DNA of 64,000 nucleotides, taken from NCBI GenBank assembly GCA_963714975.1, contig CAVQQD010000002.1:384001-448000 (forward strand), read 5' to 3'. The DNA comes from an uncultured Gammaproteobacteria bacterium. Its GTDB lineage: Bacteria > Pseudomonadota > Gammaproteobacteria > JAURND01. Made by a program: the position numbers and the translations under genes. Shown piece by piece: positions 19,618 to 29,807 of this stretch (positions within the stretch are counted from its first letter, which is position 1; each line of letters starts with the position of its first letter). The notes under the pieces are model-generated. The model ran no database searches. It was not told where the DNA came from and was given only the letters and a program-made list of their open reading frames with translations.

Positions 19618-20623
19618 TTAACATTGTAAATGCATGTGGCAATAAATTTTTTAAAATATCGATACTTTCACTGACCGCTTTTGGCTTGCCTGGTAAAGCA
19701 ATCAGTAATGTACTGCCAATGGATCCTGCGAGACAACGACTTAACCATGAAAACTCAGTATACAGCTTAGCACTCGTGTAACGTAACAATTCACCAAATC
19801 CGGGAATAATACGTTCACAAATTGTAGTTAAAGCTTCAGGGGTAACATCGCGTGCAGACAATCCAGTTCCGCCGGTAGTGATGATTAATTGAGGTTTTTG
19901 TGCTGCCATTAAATATTTTATATGTTGAATCAAAGCGTCTTTGTCGTCTGGTAGTACAATATGATTAAAAACATCTGCGCCTAAAGCAAGTAATGAGTTA
20001 TTCAAAATAATACCTGATTCATCAGAATAATACTGGGCACTGGCACGATCGCTTAATGTAACGGTTGCTGTACGTATCCCGGTTAAGAGTAATCTTTGCT
20101 GTTCTTTTTTGGGGAGAAAATTTTGTAATGAAGCAGGAACGCCATCAGGATGCTGCCAAAAAACTGTTTTACCACCTTCTTTAATTATTAAACGAATATT
20201 GCTTAGCGTGATTGCAGGTTGGATCATTTTGGTTAAATCATAGATAGTCAATAAAGCAGCATTAACACCCGCGAGTGCTTCCATTTCGACACCCGTTTTC
20301 GTTGTGGCGATTACGATACAGTACACAATAATTTTACTCTCTTCTTCATTCAGTTCAGTTAAAATGCTCACGTGTTCAAGTGGTAATAGGTGACATAAGG
20401 GAATTAAGTCATAAGCTTTTTTAGCACCAGAGATACCAGCGATTTCAGCTAATACTAAAGCATCACCTTTGGGCAGTTTGCGTTTCTTAATCAGTAGGAA
20501 TGATTCAGAACCTACAAAAATTTCTCCTTGTGCTATTGCTTTTCGTAAGGTTGCTTTTTTATCTTTGATGTTGATCATTTGATATTGCTGAACTAATTTT
20601 GATTTTACAGAATTTTCCATCAT
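19589..20623 (-). CDS. moaCB: Bifunctional MoaC-MoaB/MogA fusion
   Basis: LIPLCH and TGVEMEAL (MoaC); TLSDRAS and TTGGTGLSARDVTPEA (MogA/MoaB). Confidence 0.9.
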   Translation of the reverse strand: MMENSVKSKLVQQYQMINIKDKKATLRKAIAQGEIFVGSESFLLIKKRKLPKGDALVLAEIAGISGAKKAYDLIPLCHLLPLEHVSILTELNEEESKIIVYCIVIATTKTGVEMEALAGVNAALLTIYDLTKMIQPAITLSNIRLIIKEGGKTVFWQHPDGVPASLQNFLPKKEQQRLLLTGIRTATVTLSDRASAQYYSDESGIILNNSLLALGADVFNHIVLPDDKDALIQHIKYLMAAQKPQLIITTGGTGLSARDVTPEALTTICERIIPGFGELLRYTSAKLYTEFSWLSRCLAGSIGSTLLIALPGKPKAVSESIDILKNLLPHAFTMLNERNHDQLS

Positions 20624-20626
20624 GTA

Positions 20627-21598
20627 TTATCCACCAATTGAAGAAAAATTTGAATTGATACCAGTATCACCTTCTGAGAGAAAATGAGATATACGCTTAT
20701 TTTTAAGGTGATGAGTAATCATTTGTTTGAGTTGTGTCTTTTGTGAATCGTCCTTTAATAAAGCTCGCAGTGAATATCCAATTGAAGTGAATAAGCAAAG
20801 ATGCAAATTGCCTTGAGCTGAAACGCGCAAGCGGTTGCAAGTTGTACAAAAATCTTTGGAATATGGTGCAATTATTCCAATTTTTCCAAGATAGTCAGTG
20901 TGGCTAAACATAATGGCTGGGCCTGCATCCAAATTTCTTACATTACGTACCCAACCATTTTTAATTAATTGAATTTGAATAACGTCGGCACTTATATGAT
21001 ATTTTTTAAAATAATCGTAATTTGTACCTGTTTGCATAAGTTCTATAAAACGAATATCAATTGCTTGATGTTTGATGAATGCCAAAAATTTTTCGAGCTC
21101 CACATCATTAACGCCTTTCATTAAAACAACATTGATTTTAATCGCAGAAAAACCCACTTGTAGCGCTTTGTTGATACCTACTATAATACTAGCTAGCCGA
21201 TCATGTCCCGTTATTTTAAAAAATTTATCTCGATCGAGGCTATCTACGCTTACATTAATTGCATCTAATCCAGCTTGATGAAAAGCTCCCGCATAATGTT
21301 CTAATCGATAACCATTAGTAGTCAAGGCAATTTTCTTGATACCTGGAATGGCTGCAGCGGTACGAATAATATCAATCAAATCTCTTCTAACAGTAGGTTC
21401 GCCACCGGTTAAACGTATTTTATGCATACCCAGTTCAGCACAAGCACAGAGTAATCGGCGTATTTCTTCAAGCGTTAAAAATTGTTTTAATTGAGTCTGA
21501 TAACCATCAGGAAGGCAGTAATCGCAGCGAAAATTACAAACATCTGTAATTGATAATCGCAAATAAGGAAACTGACGACCGAAGCTATCTGAAAGCAT
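20627..21598 (-). CDS. moaA: GTP 3',8-cyclase
   Basis: YLRLSITDVCNFRCDYC; FCTTCNRLR; C-terminal IGG. Confidence 0.96.
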   Translation of the reverse strand: MLSDSFGRQFPYLRLSITDVCNFRCDYCLPDGYQTQLKQFLTLEEIRRLLCACAELGMHKIRLTGGEPTVRRDLIDIIRTAAAIPGIKKIALTTNGYRLEHYAGAFHQAGLDAINVSVDSLDRDKFFKITGHDRLASIIVGINKALQVGFSAIKINVVLMKGVNDVELEKFLAFIKHQAIDIRFIELMQTGTNYDYFKKYHISADVIQIQLIKNGWVRNVRNLDAGPAIMFSHTDYLGKIGIIAPYSKDFCTTCNRLRVSAQGNLHLCLFTSIGYSLRALLKDDSQKTQLKQMITHHLKNKRISHFLSEGDTGINSNFSSIGG

Positions 21599-21687
21599 AG
21601 TTGTTCAAATCCATTTTGATATGTTAAAGTGATAGGTAACTGCTCACCCCGCAATTTGGGGCTACAAAATTCATGCTATTACCAAAT

Positions 21688-21956
21688 CCTGTGGCCGTCA
21701 TTGCGAGGAGCCTGCGACGAAGCAATCCAGAAAAAAGCTTGGGTTACTGGATTGCTTCGTCGCAGGCTCCTTCTAATGACGCCACTTGTAAGTAGTTGAT
21801 TTACAAGGGAGTCATTTTTCATCTTAATTCCTTAGCGGTCAGAAACCCCGCCCTTTAGGGCGGAAGGAAGCGACTCACCCCGGCCTAAAGGCCGGAGACT
21901 TTATTGCTTTCCCCATTTTTTTTATGGGGTGGGAGGCTCGCAATGACGGCCACAGG
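21688..21956. repeat. Palindromic repeat (same family as 17439-17536) with a 20-bp perfect outer IR, enclosing IS200/IS605-like hairpins
   Basis: CCTGTGGCCGTCATTGCGAG (21688) / CTCGCAATGACGGCCACAGG (21937); CCGCCCTTTAGGGCGG and CCGGCCTAAAGGCCGG at 21843-21900. Confidence 0.75.
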
Positions 21957-22070
21957 AAAAAAGGTAAAATGGCCAAAGTTGAGAGCAATAGATCCATTAT
22001 ATTAACGGAATAAACTTATTTTGAATAGAGGCGGCAATTTGCTTAGAATTGCTGGAATAGAGGCAATCTC

Positions 22071-22862
22071 ATGAAATGTTTCAAAGTCTATATTTTATGC
22101 CTATGGATTATTAATTTCAGTATAAATAGCGTGGCTTACGCTGTCACTTCTTGTACTAAAAACAATACGGTACAAGTCGCGGTTACAGCAGATTTTTCGT
22201 CCACGTTTATAAGCTTATCTAGACAATTTATGCAGGAAACACATTATTGTGTGAAACAAAGTGTTGCTTCTACAGGCATACTCTATACCGAAATTACGCA
22301 TGGCGCCCCATTTGATATTTTTCTGGCAGCAGATACTAAAAGGCCAAAGTTGTTGGTGCAGCAAGGTTTGGCATCGCAACAATACTTGCGGACCTATGCT
22401 ATTGGGCATTTGGTGTTATTTGCACCACAACAAAGACCATTTTTAGTAGATAAAGTTCTCCATAGTAAAAATCTCCGACTTGCAATCAGCAATCCAACTT
22501 TGGCTCCTTATGGCCAAGCAACAAAAGAAACATTAATATATTTACGATTATGGCCACAGCTACAAAACCATTTATTGATGGCAAATGACGTGAATCAGGC
22601 TCTGATGTATGTGATGCAAGGTGGCGCAGACGCAGGCTTTATTTCTTTGGCGCAGATAAAACAAATGCAAGAAAAAAATAAATCTGATCATGATCTTAAC
22701 AATTACTGGCTGGTTCCTGAAAAATTGCATCAACCGATTGCGCAGCAAGCTGTTTTGTTAAAAACGGCTGAAAAAAATCCTGCCGCATTAGCTTTTTTTC
22801 ACTATTTACAAACAGTTTCAGCTACAAGCATCATCCATACTGCGGGTTATACTAGTATATAA
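22071..22862 (+). CDS. modA: Molybdate ABC transporter substrate-binding protein
   Basis: ASTG.LY..I..GAPFDIFLAAD; NP.LAPYG.A. Confidence 0.92.
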   Translation: MKCFKVYILCLWIINFSINSVAYAVTSCTKNNTVQVAVTADFSSTFISLSRQFMQETHYCVKQSVASTGILYTEITHGAPFDIFLAADTKRPKLLVQQGLASQQYLRTYAIGHLVLFAPQQRPFLVDKVLHSKNLRLAISNPTLAPYGQATKETLIYLRLWPQLQNHLLMANDVNQALMYVMQGGADAGFISLAQIKQMQEKNKSDHDLNNYWLVPEKLHQPIAQQAVLLKTAEKNPAALAFFHYLQTVSATSIIHTAGYTSI

Positions 22863-22864
22863 CT

Positions 22865-23545
22865 ATGAATAGTATTTTAAATTCATTAGAATTAAGTTTT
22901 CTGCTCGCAGTGATTACCACCATCATTTTACTGATCCTTTGTATTCCGTTTGCTTATTGGTTGACAGTCACCCAATCATGGTTGAAACATCCGTTGACAA
23001 TTATTACAACTTTGCCAATCGTATTACCGCCTACTGTATTGGGATATTATTTGCTATTATTGATGGGTAGCCATGGTTTTCTGGGCAAAATGTGGTTTGC
23101 TTTGACAGGTGTAAATAGTTTGGCATTTACTTTTCCAGGATTGGTTATAGGTTCAGTCATTTATTCCATGCCATTCGCAGTGCAACCATTACAATCTGCA
23201 TTTGAAAATAATAGTAAAAAATTTGCTGAGATTGCTATGACATTAGGCGCATCTCCACTGGATCGCTTTTTTTCTATCATATTACCACTTGCTAAACGCG
23301 GTATTTTAACTGCGACCATCTTAAGTTTTGCCCATACGATAGGAGAATTTGGCGTGGTTCTCATTATTGGCGGCAATATACCTAATAAAACGAGTGTTGC
23401 TTCAGTCACTATTTATCAAGCTATGATAGAAATGAATTATCAACAAGTAAATATTCTGTCGTTAATATTAATTATAATTTCAATATTAGTATTAAGTTTA
23501 GTACTTACCTTAAATAAAAAAGCCGCGGCAAACCTGTTATCATGA
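22865..23545 (+). CDS. modB: Molybdate ABC transporter permease
   Basis: LPIVLPPTVLGYYLL; FAHTIGEFGVVL. Confidence 0.94.
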   Translation: MNSILNSLELSFLLAVITTIILLILCIPFAYWLTVTQSWLKHPLTIITTLPIVLPPTVLGYYLLLLMGSHGFLGKMWFALTGVNSLAFTFPGLVIGSVIYSMPFAVQPLQSAFENNSKKFAEIAMTLGASPLDRFFSIILPLAKRGILTATILSFAHTIGEFGVVLIIGGNIPNKTSVASVTIYQAMIEMNYQQVNILSLILIIISILVLSLVLTLNKKAAANLLS

Positions 23546-24417
23546 TCAGTTTAAAGATCAAGCATCAGTATCTGAAAGAAAAAAATCTACAACTGAATTT
23601 AGATGTAGAGCTACCTGTATCAGGAATAAACATGATTTATGGTCACTCCGGCGCAGGCAAAACGACATTATTGAAATGCATTGCTGGCATCGAAAAACCG
23701 TCTATTGCAAGAATTGCAATAGGAGAAACTGTTTTATTAGATACACAACATCATATAAATATTGCAGCACATAAAAGAAACATTGGCTATTTAATGCAAG
23801 GGTCACAGTTATTTCCACATTTAACGATTCTTAATAATTTGCTTTATTCGATTAAACGCGCGAATAAATGTAAATCACCAATGTGCGAAGCCTTTATTAA
23901 TATCGATGAGGTTATCGATTTTTTTTCATTAAAATCTATGTTACAACATTATCCACATCAGCTTTCAGGGGGTGAGCAACAACGTGTTGCTATTGCCAGA
24001 GTTTTACTTAGTAATCCTAGTTTATTATTGCTTGATGAAGCTATGACCGCTTTGGATAATTCTATCCAGAAAAAAATATTATCTTATTTTCTAAAGATTC
24101 AGCAAAAATATACCATCCCGATCATTTTTGTGACTCATGCTATAACAGATCTTGTGGCTGCTGCGCATCACGTTTTGATTTTAGAAGCTGGAAAAGTTAT
24201 CGCTCAAGGTAAATTCCAGTCAATGTTATTACAGCAAACATTCAGTCAGATAGTTGGCGAAACACATGTGTTAGAGAGTCAGGTCATTTCTCATGATGCC
24301 TTATTAGAACAAACGGTCATTTCTTGGAATAATAAATTTTTCACCGTACCACTGCTTGCTGCATCCGTAGGTAGTACTGTGCGTTTATGGCAATATTATA
24401 GTGGATCTGATGAATAA
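23542..24417 (+). CDS. modC: Molybdate ABC transporter ATPase
   Basis: GHSGAGKTT; LSGGEQQRVAIAR; LLLDE. Confidence 0.9.
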   Translation: MISLKIKHQYLKEKNLQLNLDVELPVSGINMIYGHSGAGKTTLLKCIAGIEKPSIARIAIGETVLLDTQHHINIAAHKRNIGYLMQGSQLFPHLTILNNLLYSIKRANKCKSPMCEAFINIDEVIDFFSLKSMLQHYPHQLSGGEQQRVAIARVLLSNPSLLLLDEAMTALDNSIQKKILSYFLKIQQKYTIPIIFVTHAITDLVAAAHHVLILEAGKVIAQGKFQSMLLQQTFSQIVGETHVLESQVISHDALLEQTVISWNNKFFTVPLLAASVGSTVRLWQYYSGSDE

Positions 24418-25378
24418 ACAACTTCAAGTGTGGAAATTTATTTCTAGAAGCTTACAACATGAGATTCCAGTGACGTTACTTTATGTGTTGGAAAGTTCTG
24501 GGAGTAGTCCAGGGCGACAAGGATTTTTTATGGCTGTCGATGCTGATGGTAAAATGGAGGGATCCATCGGCGGTGGTATCATGGAGTATCGCTTTGTAGA
24601 AATAGCGAAAAAAAAATTGATTAAAGATAAAAATTCAAGCATTCGCAAACAAGTTCATAATAAAAATTCAGGGAAAAATAATAGTGGCATGATCTGTTCT
24701 GGGGAACAGACGATTCTCATTTACCCTGTTAAACCATCAGATATTCATACGGTTCAATTGATCGTTGCTTCGCTCGAAAACCATCAACATGGAACCCTTA
24801 CTCTCTTTTCTGGTGGAATGCAATTTGATGACGTGTCCCCGCTTAATGATTTTTCATTCAAAATGTATTCGGACAATGATTGGGTTTATCAAGAAAAAGT
24901 GGGGTATAAAAATACTTTATCAATTATTGGTGGAGGTCACTGCTCACTGGCTTTTTCTAATCTCATGAGCCAAATGGATTTTTATATCAGAGTATATGAT
25001 AAAAGAAAAAATCTGAAAACCATGCTAGAAAACTATACCGCACATGAAAAACATATTCTCCCTCATTACACAGAATTAAATCACTGGATTTCTCCAGGAC
25101 AGAATCATTATGTTGTGATTATGACTTTTGGTTACCGCACAGATGATGAAGCATTGCGAGCTTTAGTAAATAAAGAATTCCGTTACCTTGGATTGTTGGG
25201 GAGCCAAAGAAAAATTGAAAAAATGTTTGCAGATTACAGAAAAGAAAATTTAGATGAACAATGGCTAAATGGCATTTACACTCCTGTGGGCATCCCGATC
25301 AAAAGTCAGACCCCAGAAGAAATTGCGATCAGCATAGCTGCACAAATTATTCAGGAAAAAAATAAATTTCTGCCTTGA
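24401..25378 (+). CDS. xdhC: XdhC/CoxI-family molybdoenzyme maturation factor
   Basis: GSSPG; GSIGGG; CSG; GGGH; YLGLLGS; PVGIPI..QTPEEIAISIAAQ. Confidence 0.88.
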   Translation: MDLMNKQLQVWKFISRSLQHEIPVTLLYVLESSGSSPGRQGFFMAVDADGKMEGSIGGGIMEYRFVEIAKKKLIKDKNSSIRKQVHNKNSGKNNSGMICSGEQTILIYPVKPSDIHTVQLIVASLENHQHGTLTLFSGGMQFDDVSPLNDFSFKMYSDNDWVYQEKVGYKNTLSIIGGGHCSLAFSNLMSQMDFYIRVYDKRKNLKTMLENYTAHEKHILPHYTELNHWISPGQNHYVVIMTFGYRTDDEALRALVNKEFRYLGLLGSQRKIEKMFADYRKENLDEQWLNGIYTPVGIPIKSQTPEEIAISIAAQIIQEKNKFLP

Positions 25379-25393
25379 TTCTAAAAAATGCAG

Positions 25394-28300
25394 TTAAAAA
25401 GTTAGCGAATCTGTCGTAATACCACAAAGTTGCTGGATTCGTTGGCAAGTCAACGGCAATTTCGCATCAATCCAATCGTCTTTTCCAGTTAATTCTTTGC
25501 GAGCATCCAAAATGGCATGTATCAGTGCAAAATAGACGGATACTCCTAATGTCAGCGTTGATTCAGTAAACGCTTTTGTTGATTTTACAGCTTGCTTTTC
25601 TGCTAAATGTTCTTTTGCATTGCGTTCAGGGTTAACCGGATGAAGTCTTGTACGAAAATCTATGGGAATCGTCTTAGTACAAGGCGGTTTGTAATTCAAG
25701 ATGTTGTCTGTAATAAGCCTTCCGTCATGATTGTAAATAAGTTCCTCTGTGGTCGCCATGCCAACACCTTGAACAAATCCCCCCTCTATCTGACCGATAT
25801 CAAGTGCAGGATTAGGTGTTTTACAACCATCACAAGTCACATCTGCACGAATGATTTTGAACTCACCTGAAAGAACATCGATCTCCACTTCGGTAACAGC
25901 AGCGCCAAAAGAGAAGTAGAGAAACGGCTTGCCCTGCGGATTTTGATAGGTCGCTCCCTTGTAGTGAGGAAACTTATAGGATTCCGCTTCAGTGAGATTA
26001 ATTCTATGAAACCATGCTTTGAAAACAATTTCCTTCCATTTTTCAGCCCAATGGGTACGCCAGTTTTCAATCCTTTCATTGGGTAGATACTGTTCCATCG
26101 TGGCACAGAACTCCTGGAGCCGCGCACGCAATGCCAGACAAGCCTTTTCAATAGCGCCGCCATTAAGATCAAAGCCTGTTTGTGCCGCAGTGGGAGGCGC
26201 GTTCGTGATAAAATCAGAGTTGTTGCCTCCCACCCTGATCCATTCGAGCGGAATGCCCAATGTGTTAGCAGCTAGTTGTGCAAGTTTGGTGTGAACACCT
26301 TGCCCCATTTCTACGGCACCATGATGAATAATCACAGATCCGTCAGCCATGTTAACACTAACAATCGCTGTTGATGAATTCAGTGATCCACGGGGTTCAG
26401 TAAAAGCTACCCCATGTTTTTGTGGCATCATCACAATGCCACGTTTTCTCCAACGATTCTGACGATTAAATATTTGAACGGCATGCTCACGCTCTATGAA
26501 ATTGGACGACTGTTTCAGTGCATCCCATATTTCACGTATATTGCAAAAGTCGAGCTCCTGGCCAAAGTGTGTTGTATCATAGGACTCTGGAGTGCCATTA
26601 CGATACATATTCTTTTCACGGATTTCTTCAGGCAAAATCTTACGCCCATGTTTTTTTGATAATTCAAATGCAACTCGTTCAATAGCACTTTCTAAAATGC
26701 TCCACATTTGCACCACACCAAACGTACGATAAGCGGTATTGCTGGTTTTGTTGGTGCGATAACAGGTTCCATTTGCTTGCAGAGTATTGACCATGTAACA
26801 ACCATCTGCCATAAGCAGACTCATCTCCATAACCGCTAATGAACAATCATAACTGTCCCCCGCCTCGCTCTTAAAATCTAAGCGCATCGCTTCAATTTTT
26901 CCATCATCAGTGAATGCCACATAATATTCGCCCTCATACGGATGATGTTTACCAATCATTTGCATATCAGTAGCCCGATCATACAATAATCGCACAGGGC
27001 CCTTGCATGCATGTGCCGCTACCGCAGCCTGCGCAGCAACGAAGTTCGCACGATGCTGCTTTCCACCGAAACCACCACCAATTTGTTCAATAATAATGGA
27101 TACTTGGTTAAGGTGTATGCCCAGGGCTTGAGCCACTGAATTTTGTGTGCCATTAGGACTCTGTGTGGAAGAATAAACGGTTATTTGATCGTATATACCA
27201 GGTATAGCAAGCGCACATTGGGTTTCTAAGTAAAAATGCGCAACAGGTGGTGTTTTTAGAGTACCCCTGACCACCATAGTATTAGGAAGTGGTTTTGATG
27301 GATCTTTAAGCCATTCTTGATTACTGCCTAAACGCTCTATCGTCGATATTTGTTGATGAATATCATCTTCAGGATTAATTGATGTCACGATCATTGGCAT
27401 CACTGTATTTTGTTTGATGGCATCGGCTAATGTAGTAACAGCAGGAAGATCTTCATAGTCAATGCACTCATCGCTAATGAATTGCACAACTATTTTTGCT
27501 AGAGGAAAGGTTTCTGCTAACACCATGCCAATTGGCGCCCCAACTGATGTTACCAATCCGTCGCTAAAGACAGGGTCATCATCTCTTAATCCGATCATAT
27601 TGCTTCCACCTTGCGGAATATCTGCTGAAGTCACCAAATCTTTAAAGCCAGGAAATTTTTCCTTGAGTAATTCTTTTAGCGCTGCAAGTCCAGCTGTTTT
27701 TTTTGTGAAAGCAAATTTTGCATGAGGACGGGAGCTGAATACCATAGCGCCATGCAATCCTCTCATAGGCAATGCAATATCTTGTGTATATTTTATTTCA
27801 CCGGTTGCCTGCACAAATGCAGTACGTTTAATGAATGGTTTGGTTAAGGGATACATCTCAGGATACTCGAAATACTCCTGAGTGCCTGTGGATAAAGGGC
27901 GTATATCATGATTGGCAGCTGAAATGTATTCCGATTTAACATCTTCTGGATTTCGCTTAAGTGCAACATGTAGAAAAAATTTGTAAAAAAAGGTTTCTGC
28001 GAGTTGCAATCGATATTGAGTTGTTATTCCCTCTTTCTCCATGGAAACGGTGAAATTCAACACTTCTTTTTTTAGCACTGGTAGTGCAAGACGTAATGTC
28101 TCTGCATTCCATTTTTTATGCTGCAAAAACTGTTCTGTTTTATAGCAGCGACGTACCATCGTATCTAAACCCCCATAAACGAGTGTAATTTCGTTGGGTT
28201 TTATCCTATTTTCTTCATCGAGACTCACACGAAAACCTGCATTAACAATAGGCTGAGCCAGTTGTAGACGACGTGCAATACGATAAGTTTGTAAATATTC

Positions 28301-29545
28301 TGTTTTTCGAGTATAGGGAATATCAAAGCACACAATGACAGCATCTTCGGGTAAAACTTCGGTTGCTGGCATATCAATTAAATCGAATTGCTTGCGACCT
28401 TTTTCATACTGAAAGGATGCAATTGTAATTTGAGTCCCTAGTACAGATAACACCGTAAATAAATCGGAAAGAAAAGCTTCTCCACGCGCGGCATGATCTC
28501 TTGTCATGAAAATGTTACCAGCGACGCTTCCAGCAGAGCGGATTTGTAATCCTGCAATAAATTGACCATGATAGACAAGTGATTCAAATCCATGTCCTTT
28601 TTCAGAACCTACTTCAGTCGCGACATTTGCTGCAAATTCAAGAAGCATCTGGATCGGCGTGACCGCCCCTACTGTTATGCCCATTTCATTTTGGACTAAT
28701 TGATTTAGTGCTTGAATACAAGAAATATCTATCAAATAAGGCGATTTTTCATTAGGATATATACTCGATGCTGTATTACCAACTATTAATTTTACGCTAT
28801 CACGCCCATGTGCTTTAACCAACTGTTTTTTGATACGCATAACTTCTTCAAGCGTATTGGGTCTGAACCACTCACAACCATGACCCGAAAAATGAAGTAA
28901 TCGTGGTGGTGAAGTAAAATCAGGCAATAACTTGAGATCAATATGCTTAAATTCGCTGTTGCAGTGAACCTCGAAGCATGGATCTATGAGACATTTTTGT
29001 GATTTATCATTTTCTACTTGATAATTGGAAGCCAGTGTACGCACTCCAGCCAAGATAGGACGATATCCTGTACAGCGGCATAGATTACCGCCATAAATAT
29101 TTTCCAATTCCTCCTGTGTAGCTGCAGGATGCTGCTGCATATAGGCATGCGTATTCATAACAAATCCTGGTGTACAAAAACCACACTGGCTGCCATTATT
29201 TTTTGCAATACAATATTGTGCTTTATCTAACCCTTGATGGACATTACCAATGCCTTCTATGGTTGTGACCATGGTTCCATCGACAGCGCAGAGTGGGTAA
29301 ATACAAGCGTTGATAGCACGGTGAACAGGCTCATCAGTGGATAAATTTTTAGACGATAACATGACTGTGCAGGCACCACAGCCTCCTCGTCCGCATGCAA
29401 TCTTAGTACCTGTTAAACCCACGGTGTGAAGGTAATGAGCAAGCAGCATGGTTGGATTAGGATTTGAAATTTCAACTCTCTCACCATTGAGCCAAAAGAT
29501 GAGCTGATTGGAATATGAATTGTTTGAAACACGGTCCTTGTTCAT
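25394..29545 (-). CDS. xdh: Single-chain xanthine dehydrogenase/oxidase-family molybdoenzyme (2Fe-2S + FAD + Moco domains)
   Basis: GTKIACGRGGCGAC; SQCGFCTPGF; GNLCRCTGYRPI; GGGFGGK; EMGQG; DIGQIEGGFVQG. Confidence 0.9.
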   Translation of the reverse strand: MNKDRVSNNSYSNQLIFWLNGERVEISNPNPTMLLAHYLHTVGLTGTKIACGRGGCGACTVMLSSKNLSTDEPVHRAINACIYPLCAVDGTMVTTIEGIGNVHQGLDKAQYCIAKNNGSQCGFCTPGFVMNTHAYMQQHPAATQEELENIYGGNLCRCTGYRPILAGVRTLASNYQVENDKSQKCLIDPCFEVHCNSEFKHIDLKLLPDFTSPPRLLHFSGHGCEWFRPNTLEEVMRIKKQLVKAHGRDSVKLIVGNTASSIYPNEKSPYLIDISCIQALNQLVQNEMGITVGAVTPIQMLLEFAANVATEVGSEKGHGFESLVYHGQFIAGLQIRSAGSVAGNIFMTRDHAARGEAFLSDLFTVLSVLGTQITIASFQYEKGRKQFDLIDMPATEVLPEDAVIVCFDIPYTRKTEYLQTYRIARRLQLAQPIVNAGFRVSLDEENRIKPNEITLVYGGLDTMVRRCYKTEQFLQHKKWNAETLRLALPVLKKEVLNFTVSMEKEGITTQYRLQLAETFFYKFFLHVALKRNPEDVKSEYISAANHDIRPLSTGTQEYFEYPEMYPLTKPFIKRTAFVQATGEIKYTQDIALPMRGLHGAMVFSSRPHAKFAFTKKTAGLAALKELLKEKFPGFKDLVTSADIPQGGSNMIGLRDDDPVFSDGLVTSVGAPIGMVLAETFPLAKIVVQFISDECIDYEDLPAVTTLADAIKQNTVMPMIVTSINPEDDIHQQISTIERLGSNQEWLKDPSKPLPNTMVVRGTLKTPPVAHFYLETQCALAIPGIYDQITVYSSTQSPNGTQNSVAQALGIHLNQVSIIIEQIGGGFGGKQHRANFVAAQAAVAAHACKGPVRLLYDRATDMQMIGKHHPYEGEYYVAFTDDGKIEAMRLDFKSEAGDSYDCSLAVMEMSLLMADGCYMVNTLQANGTCYRTNKTSNTAYRTFGVVQMWSILESAIERVAFELSKKHGRKILPEEIREKNMYRNGTPESYDTTHFGQELDFCNIREIWDALKQSSNFIEREHAVQIFNRQNRWRKRGIVMMPQKHGVAFTEPRGSLNSSTAIVSVNMADGSVIIHHGAVEMGQGVHTKLAQLAANTLGIPLEWIRVGGNNSDFITNAPPTAAQTGFDLNGGAIEKACLALRARLQEFCATMEQYLPNERIENWRTHWAEKWKEIVFKAWFHRINLTEAESYKFPHYKGATYQNPQGKPFLYFSFGAAVTEVEIDVLSGEFKIIRADVTCDGCKTPNPALDIGQIEGGFVQGVGMATTEELIYNHDGRLITDNILNYKPPCTKTIPIDFRTRLHPVNPERNAKEHLAEKQAVKSTKAFTESTLTLGVSVYFALIHAILDARKELTGKDDWIDAKLPLTCQRIQQLCGITTDSLTF

Positions 29546-29587
29546 AGCTGCTCAGGCATAGTAGAATTTTGAATAGGCCCTAGGCTC

Positions 29588-29763
29588 TTACTTAATCTTT
29601 TCTTCCTTAAATAACACATGCTTACGTACTTTTTGGTCAAACTTCATAAATTGAGTTTCTCGTTTACAAGACTTTTGCTTTCGGTTACATTCTTTTTGTT
29701 TCGGGTGCTGGTATAAAAATACCCTGTTCCAGCGGATGAAACGAATTTAATAATATCACGCAC
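29588..29763 (-). pseudogene. rpmG: 50S ribosomal protein L33, frameshifted and carrying a ~21-nt insertion
   Basis: GTG start: MRDIIKFVSSAGTGYFYTSTRNKKN...; C-terminal MKFDQKVRKHVLFKEEKIK lies in another frame; span is 176 nt. Confidence 0.8.
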
Positions 29764-29807
29764 GATTTAAGCTCTCCAGATGACTAGAGGCTGTTTCGAA
29801 AACAGCT

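Noticed and set aside
21600-22070. Moco riboswitch upstream of moaA
   Set aside because: The hairpins here are explained by repeat elements; no riboswitch consensus was recognised by eye
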